NCBI GenBank assembly: GCA_020536535.1
Contig: JAHLWZ010000882.1
Location: 1 to 61,341 of the forward strand
Source: Pelomyxa schiedti
Lineage: Eukaryota > Protista > Evosea
Direction of reading: 5' to 3'
DNA length: 61,341 nt
Shown here: piece by piece, positions 10,987 to 22,343 of the stretch
Layout of the letters: each line of letters starts with the position of its first letter
Position numbering within the stretch: the first letter of the stretch is position 1
Position numbers and translations under genes: made by a program
The notes under the pieces: model-generated
Told to the model about the DNA's origin: nothing
Databases searched by the model: none
Seen by the model: only the letters and a program-made list of their open reading frames with translations

Positions 10987-13900
10987 ATGGCAGCACAAGC
11001 GGCAGTTGCGTTGCAGAAGAAAATTTTCTCTCGATGGGTGTCACAAAAGATCAGCCGAGTGACAGGCAAAGCCATTGACGACTGTGTCAAGGCAATGACT
11101 GATGGTCTTACTTTGATTGCTCTGTTGGAGGCTCTCAGTGAGAAAAAGTGCACTGCTAGGCTGGTTAAGGCTCCGAAAATGAGGCCTCAGGTTCTAGAGA
11201 ATGCTACTGCTGCAATTGCTTTTGCCAAGGTTGTTTACTTTATCTGCATTATAACTTCTCTTTGGGTTGAATAACTACTGTACTTACTTTTCAAATTGGG
11301 TAGGAATGTGGTGTTCAGCTGAGATTGTGGCCATCGAATTCTGACCTTGTTGATGGTGTCGAGCAGCAAGTTCTTGGTCTCATCTGGGGTATTATGCAGA
11401 GATTCATGAAGGTAAATTTGGCTCCCTCTTCATTTAATAACGTTGGTATTAGTTCACTGATGAGGAAGGACATGGGGCAGACCTTAATGCCAAAGATGCT
11501 CTCATGACCTGGTGTCAGAATACCACAAGGGGATATCCAGATGTACATCTGGACAACTGGAAAACAAGCTGGCATGATGGAATGGCATTGTAAGTATTTG
11601 TATTTTTCATGTTTCCACTTAGCTGTCATATACCCCAAGATGTGCCATTATTCACAAATACCGTCCCTCTCTTATCAACTGGGAGTCATTAGAAAGGACC
11701 AATAAAAAGGTTAATATACAAGCTGCCATGCATGCTGCTCACAAGTGGGACTAGTTCTTTTTCAAACTATCTTTCGTAATTTTTCTTTAAGGTACTTTAT
11801 GTTGGAACAGTACATCACACCAGACGAATTCTTGAAGTTGGATGACAATAGGTATCTCGGTAAATTTTTATTCTTTTTTTGCTAAATCAAACCCAAAAAG
11901 TATGGTTGTATATGTAAGGTAGTGTTTCCCATTATTTAGACACAAGTGTAATTGAGTTGAAGTGAATACTACTATGGAATTTCAGAGCAACGCAAATTGG
12001 ATCTCGCTGGCAGAAGGATCTCCAAAGTCATCAAGCTGACCAAAGATAATGACGCACTTCGCGCAACATATGAAGCTCGTTCTGAGGAACTTCTGCAAAG
12101 AATATCACAGGCCGGAAGTGCTCTCTCTGACTACACAATTGACAATACAATGGAAGGTCCTTCTCCTTGCTTTCTCTTTGACCGGCCCACATCCAAAGGT
12201 GCCAAAACACGCTTGAACAAGTTCTACGATTATAAAATGGCCGAAAAGAGTGATATCATGATTGCTCAGCTTGATCTTGAAGCACTATTTAATACTATTG
12301 CCACAATACTCACACACAACCACCGACCAGAATTTGTACCCCACCACAAGCTTTGTGATATTGCAAATGCCATGGCAGGGCTCGAGGAGGTAGAACAAAA
12401 GAAGAAGGTAATCCTTTCGTAGAATGACCTGCTCTCAGATTCATTTGACAGGTGGCACTGCATGCGGAACTTAACAGGCAGTTGAAACTCCAAAAATTGA
12501 ATGAGCACCACGAAAAACGGACAAACAAAATTGAGGCCTGGATTTCGGCAAAACAGGAATACCTGTCCACACCACCCCCCGTAACTAGTGCAAGCACTGC
12601 ACAGCTGCAAGTACGTCTACCTCACTCTACAGTGTGTTGGATTTTTCTAAACGCAATAAGCTACGGTTGCTCAAGGCGTTCGATCAAGAACTCGCTCAGA
12701 TTGGCACAACACATGTTACCCCTCTTGTAAAACTCGGGAAAGAGCTTGCTGCTGGTAAATACCAAAACCTAAAGGATGTTACAATCCGTGAGCAAAGAGT
12801 AGAACAAGGATTGCAGGATCTCAAACTCACAAGGTTACAAACTTTGTGTGTTACATCCATAAACATCTCCGCAGCGCCGCTCTTTTACCAGTTTTGAATG
12901 ACCTATGTGCCATTTATGATTACCAGCAATGGGTAAAAGACACTCTTGCTGGAATGGAAGACCTTCTGTTCGGGTTCACTCTTGAAGAAGTTTTGGCTTT
13001 TGAAAAGTCCTTGTCCGATCTTTCTTCCACATACACAAAAGACTCCAAGGCCAAGATGTCTGCATTTAAGGATTACGAAGTATCTGAAAAATATCTCTTG
13101 TTAATCCCCTTATCCTCTGTAAGGCTCACATGGATTCCGTGCCCACCCTCGATCCAGACTATAAAGCAGGTGTTATTGGCCTTGTTGAGTCTATCACCAA
13201 TGAACTGGAAGGTGGAATTCAAAGTACCAAGTTAGTTGTCTTTAATTGGGGCTGGATAACACACTGTAGGGCAATTTATGAAGCCGAGCTAGAACTCCAG
13301 AAGCAGAAAGACAGAAAGTGTAAAGCCTTTGCTGATCTTGTCGAACCCCTGGTAGCCATGATTACTGCTAACAAGGCGAAAATCACTGCACCAGGCTTGA
13401 CATTTGAAACACAATTGGCCCTAGTTGAGTATGTAATACCATTTGCCATGAACCTTTACCAAACTTTCATTAGGGAACGTATTGCTGCTCTGGACGACGA
13501 TGGTGCATCCCTTCCCGAAATTGCAGCAGCATTCACTGAACTGGAGGAATCTGGAATAACAAGTACTGGTCCCACAGTTCCATTGTTGTAACCATTTTTA
13601 AAGATATAACTCACACATCTGTAACTCTACGGGATGCTGAGTTGATGTGGCAACAATGGCAGTCCTTCCTCACAAAGAAGAAGGCAATGCTTATGGAAGA
13701 AATTGCGCGCTCTGCCACATTTGGTGTCACCCCGGCACAAATTGAAGGTTTGTCTTCCTCTCGTTCTTATTGGACCTCACCACAACAACCAGAAATACAA
13801 TCCACTTTCACTCAGTTTGACCGGAACCAATCCGGGATGCTGGATATGAAGGAACTCAGAGCATGCCTTTATTCCTTGGGTGAAGAAAAGACCTCGAAGG

Positions 13901-14333
13901 AAATTGAACAAATCATGACGGAATATGGCTCTGCAGACGTACTCCTCCCTTATTAGTCCGCATTCCAATCTGACAACAACTTAAACCAGGGCATGTCCTT
14001 GGACAACTTCAAACAGTTCATGATTTCACACTTGGCGGTATCTGACACTAGGGTATAGAACAAATTCCCATATCCAAAAGCCTCACATACTGTCAGGATG
14101 ACATCCTAGCATCCTTCAGGCAAATAAGCCGGTCCGATGTTTCCACCACAGTCAAGCATGACTACCTAGAGGCCGTCATTCCTCCCCAGGTACAAAAAAC
14201 CCGAACCAAACCAAAAACTAACAAACAAACCACAACAAAGGACATGCAATACATCAAGGAGACAGCGAAGCTGACAGCCAAGAGTGGCGAATATGACTAC
14301 GTCGAATGGACCAACACTGTATTCAGCCGTTAG
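10987..14333 (+). CDS. ACTN: Alpha-actinin (2 CH domains, about 4 spectrin repeats, EF-hands), multi-exon
   Basis: QKKIFSRWV..DGLTLIALLEAL..LGLIWGIM (CH1). WCQNTTRGY..SWHDGMAL (CH2). DLAGRRISKV..HNHRPEFVP (spectrin repeat 1). FTQFDRNQSGMLDMKELRACLYSLG (EF-hand). C-terminal YDYVEWTNTVFSR then TAG at 14331-14333. Confidence 0.93.
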
Positions 14334-14796
14334 TTAGCCCATGGAGCCACCCCCAATGCTCACCAAAACAAAACACAAAAATTTCTTTTCTTGCATACTT
14401 CACCATCTCGACTGTTTCCTTTTGATGTCCAGAGGGGAAAAAAATAACATCAGGAAGAGTAAATTGTTGTACTGCATAGAAATAGTTCCCGAAAGATGTG
14501 ACATCATTTGAATCCCTCTTTAGAAGAGAGGAATCCTCTCCGTAGGTTCTGCTCCCCGGTGTAGTTCAACATTGTGGGATTCATTAGATCCACAGTTGCA
14601 CCAGATTGATTAAATGATCCCTCGGCGAAGGTGAAAAAAAAAGCAAACAAATTAAAAATCTATCGGCTCCCTCTAGACGTGCCGCACGCACGCGTAGCCC
14701 ACAAATTTCGCTTTAGTAACAAACTCACCAAGGTGAGCCACATTTTCAAGTTATGGGGCTTTAAACGGAACCTAACGGAAAAAAAGACAACCGAAG

Positions 14797-15170
14797 ATGT
14801 TTCTTATGTTCTGTGACGCGTGCCAAAAGTACACACTCAAAAGAATTTGCGATTTGTGCCACGCTCCTACGAGGTAATTTGGTTTTTCTTTTCTTCAAAG
14901 TCACATCAAGAGCCAACGAACTGGCCCACATGTTCATAAAAAGAATTGTAGTAACAATAACAAAGCAACCAACCAATAATTCACAACATAAACTACTCCC
15001 GCGACCTTACCATTTTGCATCCTTCTCTTTCTTTATTTCTTCTTCCTTCCATTTACAGGTCGGCGCACCCTGCTCGATTCTCTCCCGAAGATAAGTTTTC
15101 CAAAGCTAGAGTGACCATCAAGCGCCGATACGGCATCCTTCCAACACAACTCCCTCAACAAGCCATCTAA
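14797..15170 (+). CDS. NOP10: H/ACA ribonucleoprotein subunit Nop10, 62 aa (exons 14797-14873 and 15059-15170)
   Basis: Spliced translation [79 protein letters not shown] is the Nop10 signature. The GTAATT..TTTACAG intron restores the frame. Confidence 0.95.
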
Positions 15171-15419
15171 ATGTTTCACTTACGGCTGCACTTGTTCAAT
15201 ACTGGCTGTGGCTCCTTGGCCATATGCAATGCTGCCACCTCCCTTTTTTGCAAGTTGAACAGTACAGTTTGAAAATGTAGTCACCTACCTACATACAACA
15301 AATTGTATTGAATTCTATTGTGTTAAAACAATGGACTCCTTCCATATCTTTTTTTTGTGATGGTGTAGCTGTAAGGAGAGTTCATTAGCGAAATAATGGC
15401 AGAAATGGTGAGAGCAGTA

Positions 15420-16728
15420 TCACTCTTCCTCATCACTACTGAATTCATCACTGCTGCTGCTATCCGGGAGATTGAGTTCCCCAGGGTTCGAGTTTAGGAT
15501 GGATGAAAAAGGTGGGAGGGTTTGAATTTGTGGAACCGGTTGTTGTAACATGTTGACGGGTTGTTGCAGAGGTTGTAAGGGTTGTTGAGGTTGAGTGGCT
15601 GCATATTGTAGGCCATTGATTTCATCATCGTCAGAACCTTTTTGTTGTTAAAAATGAATGCAAAGATAGAAGATAATGAAGATAAAAACCTTCGTCACTT
15701 TCGGCCCAATCACTTGAGTCGCTCTAAGGCAGGTGTGAAAAAATTGAAAAGACCATGAAAAACAGCTCACCTCAAGGATGGAAACTGCTGTGCTGACTTG
15801 GGGTTGAGGTTGTGGTTGTGGTTGTGATTGTGGTAGTGGTTGTGTATCGGCTCTGGTATAAGCTGTGGGTTGTTGTTGTTGCGTGGATTGTAATTGAGGC
15901 TGTGCCTGCTGTGTTATTGATGGTGGTGTGGAGTATGTGGTGGTTTTTGGAAACGAGGATTGTTGTTGTGGGATTTGTTGTACCTGCTGAGGCGGTTGTA
16001 GAGGTACAGATTTGGTTTTGGTGAAAGGCACATCATTTTTGGATCTTTTACTGCTTGGCTCTGTGAAAGTTTGAATTTGAGGAAACTTTGTTCCGGTGAT
16101 TACCAGAAATTGGTTTCTCCGATCTGTCATGCTTCACACCTTCTCCCACAACGGCTATCCTCTGCAAACTGATCAAAGTGGATTACATAGAGAGCAATTT
16201 GTCAGCAACAACTAACGTGAAACTTTGTCCATCAAAAATAAGAACACATTCACCCTCCTTGGCTGCTCTCCATTGCCCACGTAATATCACAGACTCTTTG
16301 TCTGCCTATTTTTCATTTTGGTTGGCTTGTTTTTTTTGCGTATTATGTGGAATTAGTTAGGCCGCACCCCAGTGTTTTGGAATTGCATCCTGAGGTGCCC
16401 GTCGTCGGCTCGTTCAATGATCCCAGGTTGATTTACATCAGCCGAAGTTGGCCAAAATGTATCTGCATTGTTTTTGTTTGTTTTACTTGTAAGATTGCTG
16501 TTGATTGGCTCCTTTTGGTACAAATTGTGGGTGTGGGCAGCACAACGCACCCCTCCCGTGCAAGAAAAAAAAGAAAAAAAGGCACCCACAATGCATGGAT
16601 AGCAGGTCGCTGGGCTGCGCGAAACTACTCCCCAGTGTCACAGGGTATTCTACGTCCTGTATCGGGGTCGGTGGCCCAGCCCCTGGGTTGTTGTTGCTGA
16701 AGCCCGTTTGCGTCCCATACGAACCCAT
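15420..16728 (-). CDS. EAF: ELL-associated factor (EAF domain) with Q/P-rich and acidic C-terminal region, multi-exon
   Basis: Exons give EYPVTLGSSF..FWPTSADVNQPGII..LRMQF..VILRGQWRAAKEGECVLIFDGQSFTL, resembling the EAF domain. The tail is DSSSSDEFSSDEEE followed by a stop. Confidence 0.8.
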
Positions 16729-16934
16729 CACATTAATTTACGGTGTAAAAAAGCAAATTGAGAATCTGTTGGGTGTGGTTCCCCGGCTGATGCCTCTAGG
16801 TGGCAATCATAAGTGGTATTCAGTAAAACAAGCTAGCGAATGCTTTTCACCAGGTTTTAACTAGGGCTTTGTGCCAGGCTCTGGATGAGATCGCTCTTTC
16901 CGATTTCTGGGAAAGGAAATTCGCCGCTCTCCGG

Positions 16935-17942
16935 ATGGACACAGGGTACTGCGTAAACATTGACGACGTTGTGGCTGCACATGCTCGAATAAAGACGTAT
17001 ATACACAAGACACCCATAATCCGTTGCCACGCGCTGGACGAGGCCGTAGGTGCCGAGTGCTACCTCAAGTGCGAGAACATGCAGAAGGTCGGCGCGTTCA
17101 AGTTCCGCGGGGCCTGCAACGCCGTGATGTCGCTGTCCGACGACGACGCCCGCGCCGGCGTCGCCACGCACTCGTCGGGCAACCACGCCCAGGCGCTCGC
17201 GCTGGCCGCCCGCATGCGCGGCGTCCCCGCCTACATCGTGATGCCGCGCACGGCGCCCCGCGTCAAGTCGGACGCGGTCGCGGCCTACGGCGGCCGCATC
17301 ACCTTCTGCGAGCCGACGCTGCGGGCGCGCGAGGAGGCGCTGGCCCGCGTGGTGGCCGAGACCGGGGCGCGGGTCGTGCACCCCTACAACGACGCGAGGG
17401 TCATCGCCGGCCAGGGCACCTGCGCCCTCGAGCTCCTGCAGGAGGTCCCCGACCTCGACGCCGTCATCGCCCCCATCGGCGGCGGCGGCCTCCTCAGCGG
17501 TACGGCCATCGCCTGCCGCTCCCACGCTCGCCCCTCCGGCTCCTCGGCCTCGGCCTCGCCCGGTGGCCGCGTCAGGGTGATTGGGGCGGAGCCGCTGGCG
17601 GCGGACGACGCGTGCAGGTCCAAGGAGACGGGGGTGCTGCAGCCGGCGGTGGACGGCTGCGCGTCGCGGACCGTGTGCGACGGCCTGCTGACGTCCATGG
17701 GGAGCCTGACGTGGCCTATTGTGCGGGACTGCGTGGACGAGATCGCCACGGTGCGCGAGGACAGCATCGTGGCCGCCATGAGGTTCGTGTGGGAGCGGGC
17801 AAAGATCGTCGTGGAGCCGTCGGGCTGCACGCCACTTGCGGTGCTGTGGGAGCGCAAGTGCGGACTTGTGGGAAAGAAAGTCGGTCTCATACTGAGCGGT
17901 GGAAACGTGGACTTGGGCAAGTTGCCTTGGCAAAATAGTTAG
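16935..17942 (+). CDS. SRR: PLP-dependent serine racemase / threonine dehydratase family enzyme, intronless
   Basis: KCENMQKVGAFKFRGA (PLP lysine), THSSGNHAQA, HPYNDARVIAGQGT, PIGGGGLLSG, VVEPSG, ILSGGNVD. The N-terminus MDTGYCVNIDDV resembles the start of eukaryotic SRR. Confidence 0.9.
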   Translation: MDTGYCVNIDDVVAAHARIKTYIHKTPIIRCHALDEAVGAECYLKCENMQKVGAFKFRGACNAVMSLSDDDARAGVATHSSGNHAQALALAARMRGVPAYIVMPRTAPRVKSDAVAAYGGRITFCEPTLRAREEALARVVAETGARVVHPYNDARVIAGQGTCALELLQEVPDLDAVIAPIGGGGLLSGTAIACRSHARPSGSSASASPGGRVRVIGAEPLAADDACRSKETGVLQPAVDGCASRTVCDGLLTSMGSLTWPIVRDCVDEIATVREDSIVAAMRFVWERAKIVVEPSGCTPLAVLWERKCGLVGKKVGLILSGGNVDLGKLPWQNS

Positions 17943-18058
17943 CTTCTTTTGTCCAGCACAGCACCAACAAAGCATCTCCTCCCTAGCTCTCTTTTTACTT
18001 CTTAGAAATCAATCATTTTTTCCACAACCGCCACAACGTAAGGAAGCAGTTTCCGCGC

Positions 18059-19503
18059 ATGGGGTCAACGTCCAGCAAGGGAACAAGTAAAGGAGAAAAC
18101 AACAAGAAGAAAAAGGAACCCTCGCCAGACCCTTATGCAAACTTGGTAGTGGGCGGGAGCACGTGGTGCTCGAGATGCGGGGAGTCCTACTGCGCCACAA
18201 CCGACGTGTCCAAGTACGGATGCCGCTGCCAGCGCGCCGCCGCCCGCAGCGAGTTTCTGAATGTTATCACCATCCCCGCTCCGCTGCCCAGCTTCCAGCC
18301 GTCGTTGTTGTTCCAGGCTCCTGTTGCTACCTCGTCTGATCCTCCATCATCTGCTGTGTGTGATCGCGTGGTGGTTGTGGCTCCAGACCCCACACAGCTT
18401 GCGCTTCCAAGTGGAATTTCAGAGTCTGATGGCAATGCCTCTGAAGATCACTGATTTTTTTGTTACACTCTTCACAATAAAAATTTTGGAAGCTGTTTAA
18501 TTACAACCAGGGAACACCAAGTGGTGTGTTAAACATAACTCTCCATGCTGTCAAATGCACGCTCCTCTGTTTTCCTGAAAGCACAAAGCCAGCCCCATAC
18601 CAAGTTGAGCTCAGCAGAAACCGGTTCATCCGTTTCGTCATAAAATTGCACAGCGAAATGGCAGCCCTAACACAGCCAACCATGACGGTTCCAGCGGACC
18701 TGGCCTACGTAGCGAACCTACACTTCCACCGCGTGACGTTTGATCCCACGCGCGGTGCCCACGGCCTGGTGTTCGACAACGCAAACACCCTCGTGACTCA
18801 GAACACTCAGGCTGCGCCCCAACCGATCCAGCCGGGCAGCAGACTCCGCCGCCCCGCAACTGAAACCCACAAGATAGTTCTGGGCACTGAAGGTTGGTCC
18901 AGTGACAGTCATTACTTCTCACTCAAAGTGGTTAGTCGGTCCTCTTCCCACTTCTTTTTTTTATTGTTTTATTGTTTTATTTTTATTTTAATTTTTATTT
19001 TTATTTTTATTTTTATTTTATAGTTATGTTTACATGGTTGTTTTTTTTTTTTCAGGTGGATGCTGGGCCCAATAAGTTCCTAATGATTGGTGTGTGTGAT
19101 GCTTCGTTCCCTGGAATGTTCACAGCCAGCCACTACCCTGGCCTCAGTAATGACGGCGTGTCATACTATGGAGCCAACGGCTACGCGTACAGGCTAGGGA
19201 GCAACGTTGCTTTTGGGCGAGTGTATGGCACAGGCGACGAAGTTGGAGTGCTTCTCAACATGACACACAGGACTTGCTCCTTTTACTTGAACGGTACCAG
19301 GGTGTGTGCTTCATGAAGCCCCTCCTTTTCTATTTATTAAGTAACTTGCAGATTAATTAATTAGTATTAACCCGTCAACTGAATTCACAATCCCGTAGGT
19401 AGGAACAGCAGCTGGGGCTGATGTTATTACATCGCAAACATATTTCCCAGCTGTAGCTCTTTACGAACTTGGTTCTACTGTTGTCTCGCTCCCCCCACCA
19501 TAG
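18059..19503 (+). CDS. SPRY/B30.2-domain protein with putative N-myristoylation and a small Cys cluster, multi-exon
   Basis: MGSTSSKG start and CSRCGESYC..GCRC. SPRY core: GWSSDSHYFSLKV..LMIGV..GVSYYGANG..GTGDEVGVLLNMTHRTCSFYLNG..YFPAVALY. Confidence 0.8.
18955..19020. repeat. Intronic (TTTTTA)n microsatellite
   Basis: About 10 imperfect tttt(t)a units, visible directly. Confidence 0.9.
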
Positions 19504-19613
19504 ACAATGATGTATTGTTAGTTATTATTCTACCTCTCAAAGAGTACACACAATCACGGACTCTCCAATTGAACAAAAATAAATAGTTTGTTTGTTAGAC
19601 TTGTTGTGAATTA

Positions 19614-22051
19614 CTAGAGTTTTGTTGGTGGAGTTGTTGGGGAACTTGTTGTTGTGGAGGAAGCACTGGTATTCAACCCACGCTCACGGGTTGTTGTGAA
19701 TGTGTGGCCAGAGGGTTCCATAGGCCGGCGTTTGATGAACCCAAATTGCACTTGCTCAATTCTGTCAGTTGCAGGTGTTGATGGGGTCATTGGTGGAGTG
19801 GTTGGTGTTGCTGGTGTTACTGTGCTATCTGGTTGGGGTGATTGACTAGAAACGGGGTTTCCCTCAGGGTGCTGTGGGGGTGGTGCCTTCGCCTCGGGAG
19901 GTGTGGCAAAGCACTCTTGCAGAGCCCCCTTAAAAATGTAAGCACACAGAGCATAATGCATAATTTGGGTTCTAATTCCCTTTGATTTTTGACATTTGGG
20001 AAGACATACTGGGAATAGTTCCTCGACATTGTCAATAACACAGCGCAGAGCTAGTGGTACATACTGAGAATGTTCCATTGCCTGTACACCTGTAATTTTC
20101 TCTTTTACTTGAATTCAAGAAACAATTAGGAAGAACCTGAGAGAGGTGTTTCAGACACGAGTGTATTTGGCCCAAGGCATGTGGAAAGATTCATACTTGT
20201 CATTTTATTTTCCTCAGAGTTCTTTGCGATATTATACATTACAACTAGAACTGTTAGGAATAACAACTCTTATTCGGTTGGTACCTGCAAGATGTTTGAG
20301 CATGTTTCTGTTGGTCGGTGGAAGGGAGGCAATCAGAGGTTGAAGTTTAGGGACAATTTCCTCTGAATTGTCGGGGTCTGTCTCTCCTGGCGTAACGTTA
20401 CAAAAAAAGTAATAATTCCCGCATGCTTACGGACAACATCCACCCATTTATTGTACAGGGAAAATAGCATCAGAGGTTCAGGTAATTCACGTAAAAATGA
20501 TTTTACTAACCCAGCCAATACATGAGGATCTTCTGCTGGCCAGTTTATAGGAGCCTCTGGTAGAAATCATGTATGAAAGGGATCACGCAAGAACCGGAAC
20601 ATTACCACACAAGATCAACTTTTTTAATTCTTGCATGTGGGTGAGATTTGCAGATATTCGGAAAATTCCTTCCACAGACACTCCTGCATGATAAACTGAG
20701 CTCAAATTCCCAAGTGGTATTTCATACCAGTAGTGTTGAGCTGCCATAGTAGCTGTTCTATAACACGAGGCAGATGGGTGGCAGGATCCCGATTTTCCCT
20801 TTTTACAAGGTCTTCAATGGGTACTCCAAAGTACTGCTCACCACGGTGCTGTGCTTGCCGGGTGAATTCTTCACGAAGCTGTAGTACATTTGAGAAGGAT
20901 GTATGTGAGATGTTGCTTACAGTTTTTGCAGATGAGCGATACTTTTCTATCGTAGGAGAAAGCTTACCCAAGAGCTCGTTACCTCGCGCGAAAAATTCCT
21001 TGTATGCATCATAGTTGTCACACACTCTAATGAGAAGTGAGCAGTGGCAGGTGTTATTGGTACAATTTACCGCTCAATAAGTTCAATGTCACTTTGGTCT
21101 TGAACGTCATTAAGCATTGTTAGAGTATCTGATTGCACTTCTTCAAACAGTAGTTTTGCTTCTGCCTCCTCCTCTACTGCCTGTTTGTAGTTATTTTCAT
21201 TTTACAAATCCGTAAAGGAAGGCGTACTTTCTGCACTTTTTGCTCCCCAGAACTTGACCTTTTCAATAGCTTGACTTTATTTTCTGCAGCTTCATGAGAA
21301 ATCCTTGCCTTATCATAACGTGCGCGAGTGTACTATTTAAAATGAGTAACGGGGGAAAAAAAAAATCAGCACAAACTCTGGCCTTACGGAGACCACCCTT
21401 GACAAAAATTTTGATCTTCCCACTGAATTTCTCTTGTATATCCTGGGTCTACCCAAATAAGTACAAAGAAAATACAAATAAGAAAAAACCAGTTGAGAGT
21501 TAAGCTGTGCCATTGCTCGGTGAAGTTCACTCATTTGTGTTAACAACTCACCTGAATGGTTGTGATTAAGGAATAGCTGATGGCTGTATCAAAACCAATG
21601 TCAGAGTTCTTGTCCTTCAAGACTAGGCCATAATCCGCCAGGGATTGGGTAAATACGGCATTAGCCTCAAGAACAGCTGTTATTCAACTGCGTTACCACT
21701 CAATTCGCAAATTGTGGGTTGTGGAGACTGCTTACGGGCACGTAGCTGACATTCCCTTAGACCCTTCTTGTAGATATTCTTCAAGTTGTACCGAATACTC
21801 TCCAAATTCTATCTCACAAAAATAAGAAAAAATAACGCCAACAAAAACAAAAAAGTATGAAAAACAAAAGCAAAAAAAAAAAAAAGCAAAAACAAAAGCA
21901 AAATAAAAGCAAAAACAACCTCCAAACCCTCTCTTACGAGAGGGGCACTCTCAGCATGCGCTTGTCGGTCGCCGATTTTCTCTCTGAAAGACAACTTGGC
22001 TTCGCCCAACGCGCGGTTGATCTGTCCCAGTCTCGCACCCACTCCCGTCAT
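19614..22051 (-). CDS. N-BAR + RhoGAP protein (ARHGAP17/SH3BP1-like architecture), multi-exon
   Basis: N-terminus MTGVGARLGQINRALGEAKLSFREKIG (BAR helix 0-like). RhoGAP motifs YFGVPIEDLVKRE..LPRVIEQ, a GIFR-containing exon near 20650, and AGLVKSFLRELPEPL. P/T-rich tail. Confidence 0.82.
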
Positions 22052-22343
22052 TTTTTTTTTTGTTTTTTTGTAATTACAACCAACCCAAGTCACCGTCCAA
22101 GGGGTCGTTTTTTTCCCTATTGTCTTTGTGTGTGCCTCGGTTTGTTGTCCTTTGGGCGTGATGGCGGCGGCTCGTGGAAGGACAAAAAAATTTGTTTGAT
22201 TTGTGCGCCCCAAAGGAAACCAGCCGTTGCACTTTTTTTGTTTTTCGTTTCTTCCCATTTCTGATTGCATGAATCTCCAACTTCCGTCTTGGTTTTTGGT
22301 TTCTGTGTTTGTTTGGTTGCTTGGTTTGTTGGCTGGTTGATCG

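Noticed and set aside
11997-12422. Cortexillin as the identity of the CH-domain gene
   Set aside because: Several spectrin repeats and C-terminal EF-hands follow, which fits alpha-actinin.
14551-14620. ccccggtgtagttcaac resembles a tRNA 5' end and D-arm
   Set aside because: No T-arm GTTCRA and no acceptor-stem pairing.
14761-14790. AACGG motifs upstream of several starts (Myb-like site)
   Set aside because: A 5-mer occurs often by chance; enrichment cannot be shown without counting.
14874-15058. The NOP10 intron (185 nt) is longer than neighbouring introns and could host an H/ACA snoRNA
   Set aside because: It is A/C-rich then pyrimidine-rich. I found no two-hairpin structure with properly placed H and ACA boxes.
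17024-17938. Long overlapping ORFs (17024-17938 +, 16857-17975 -, 17384-17920 -)
   Set aside because: Shadow ORFs caused by the very high GC of the serine racemase CDS.
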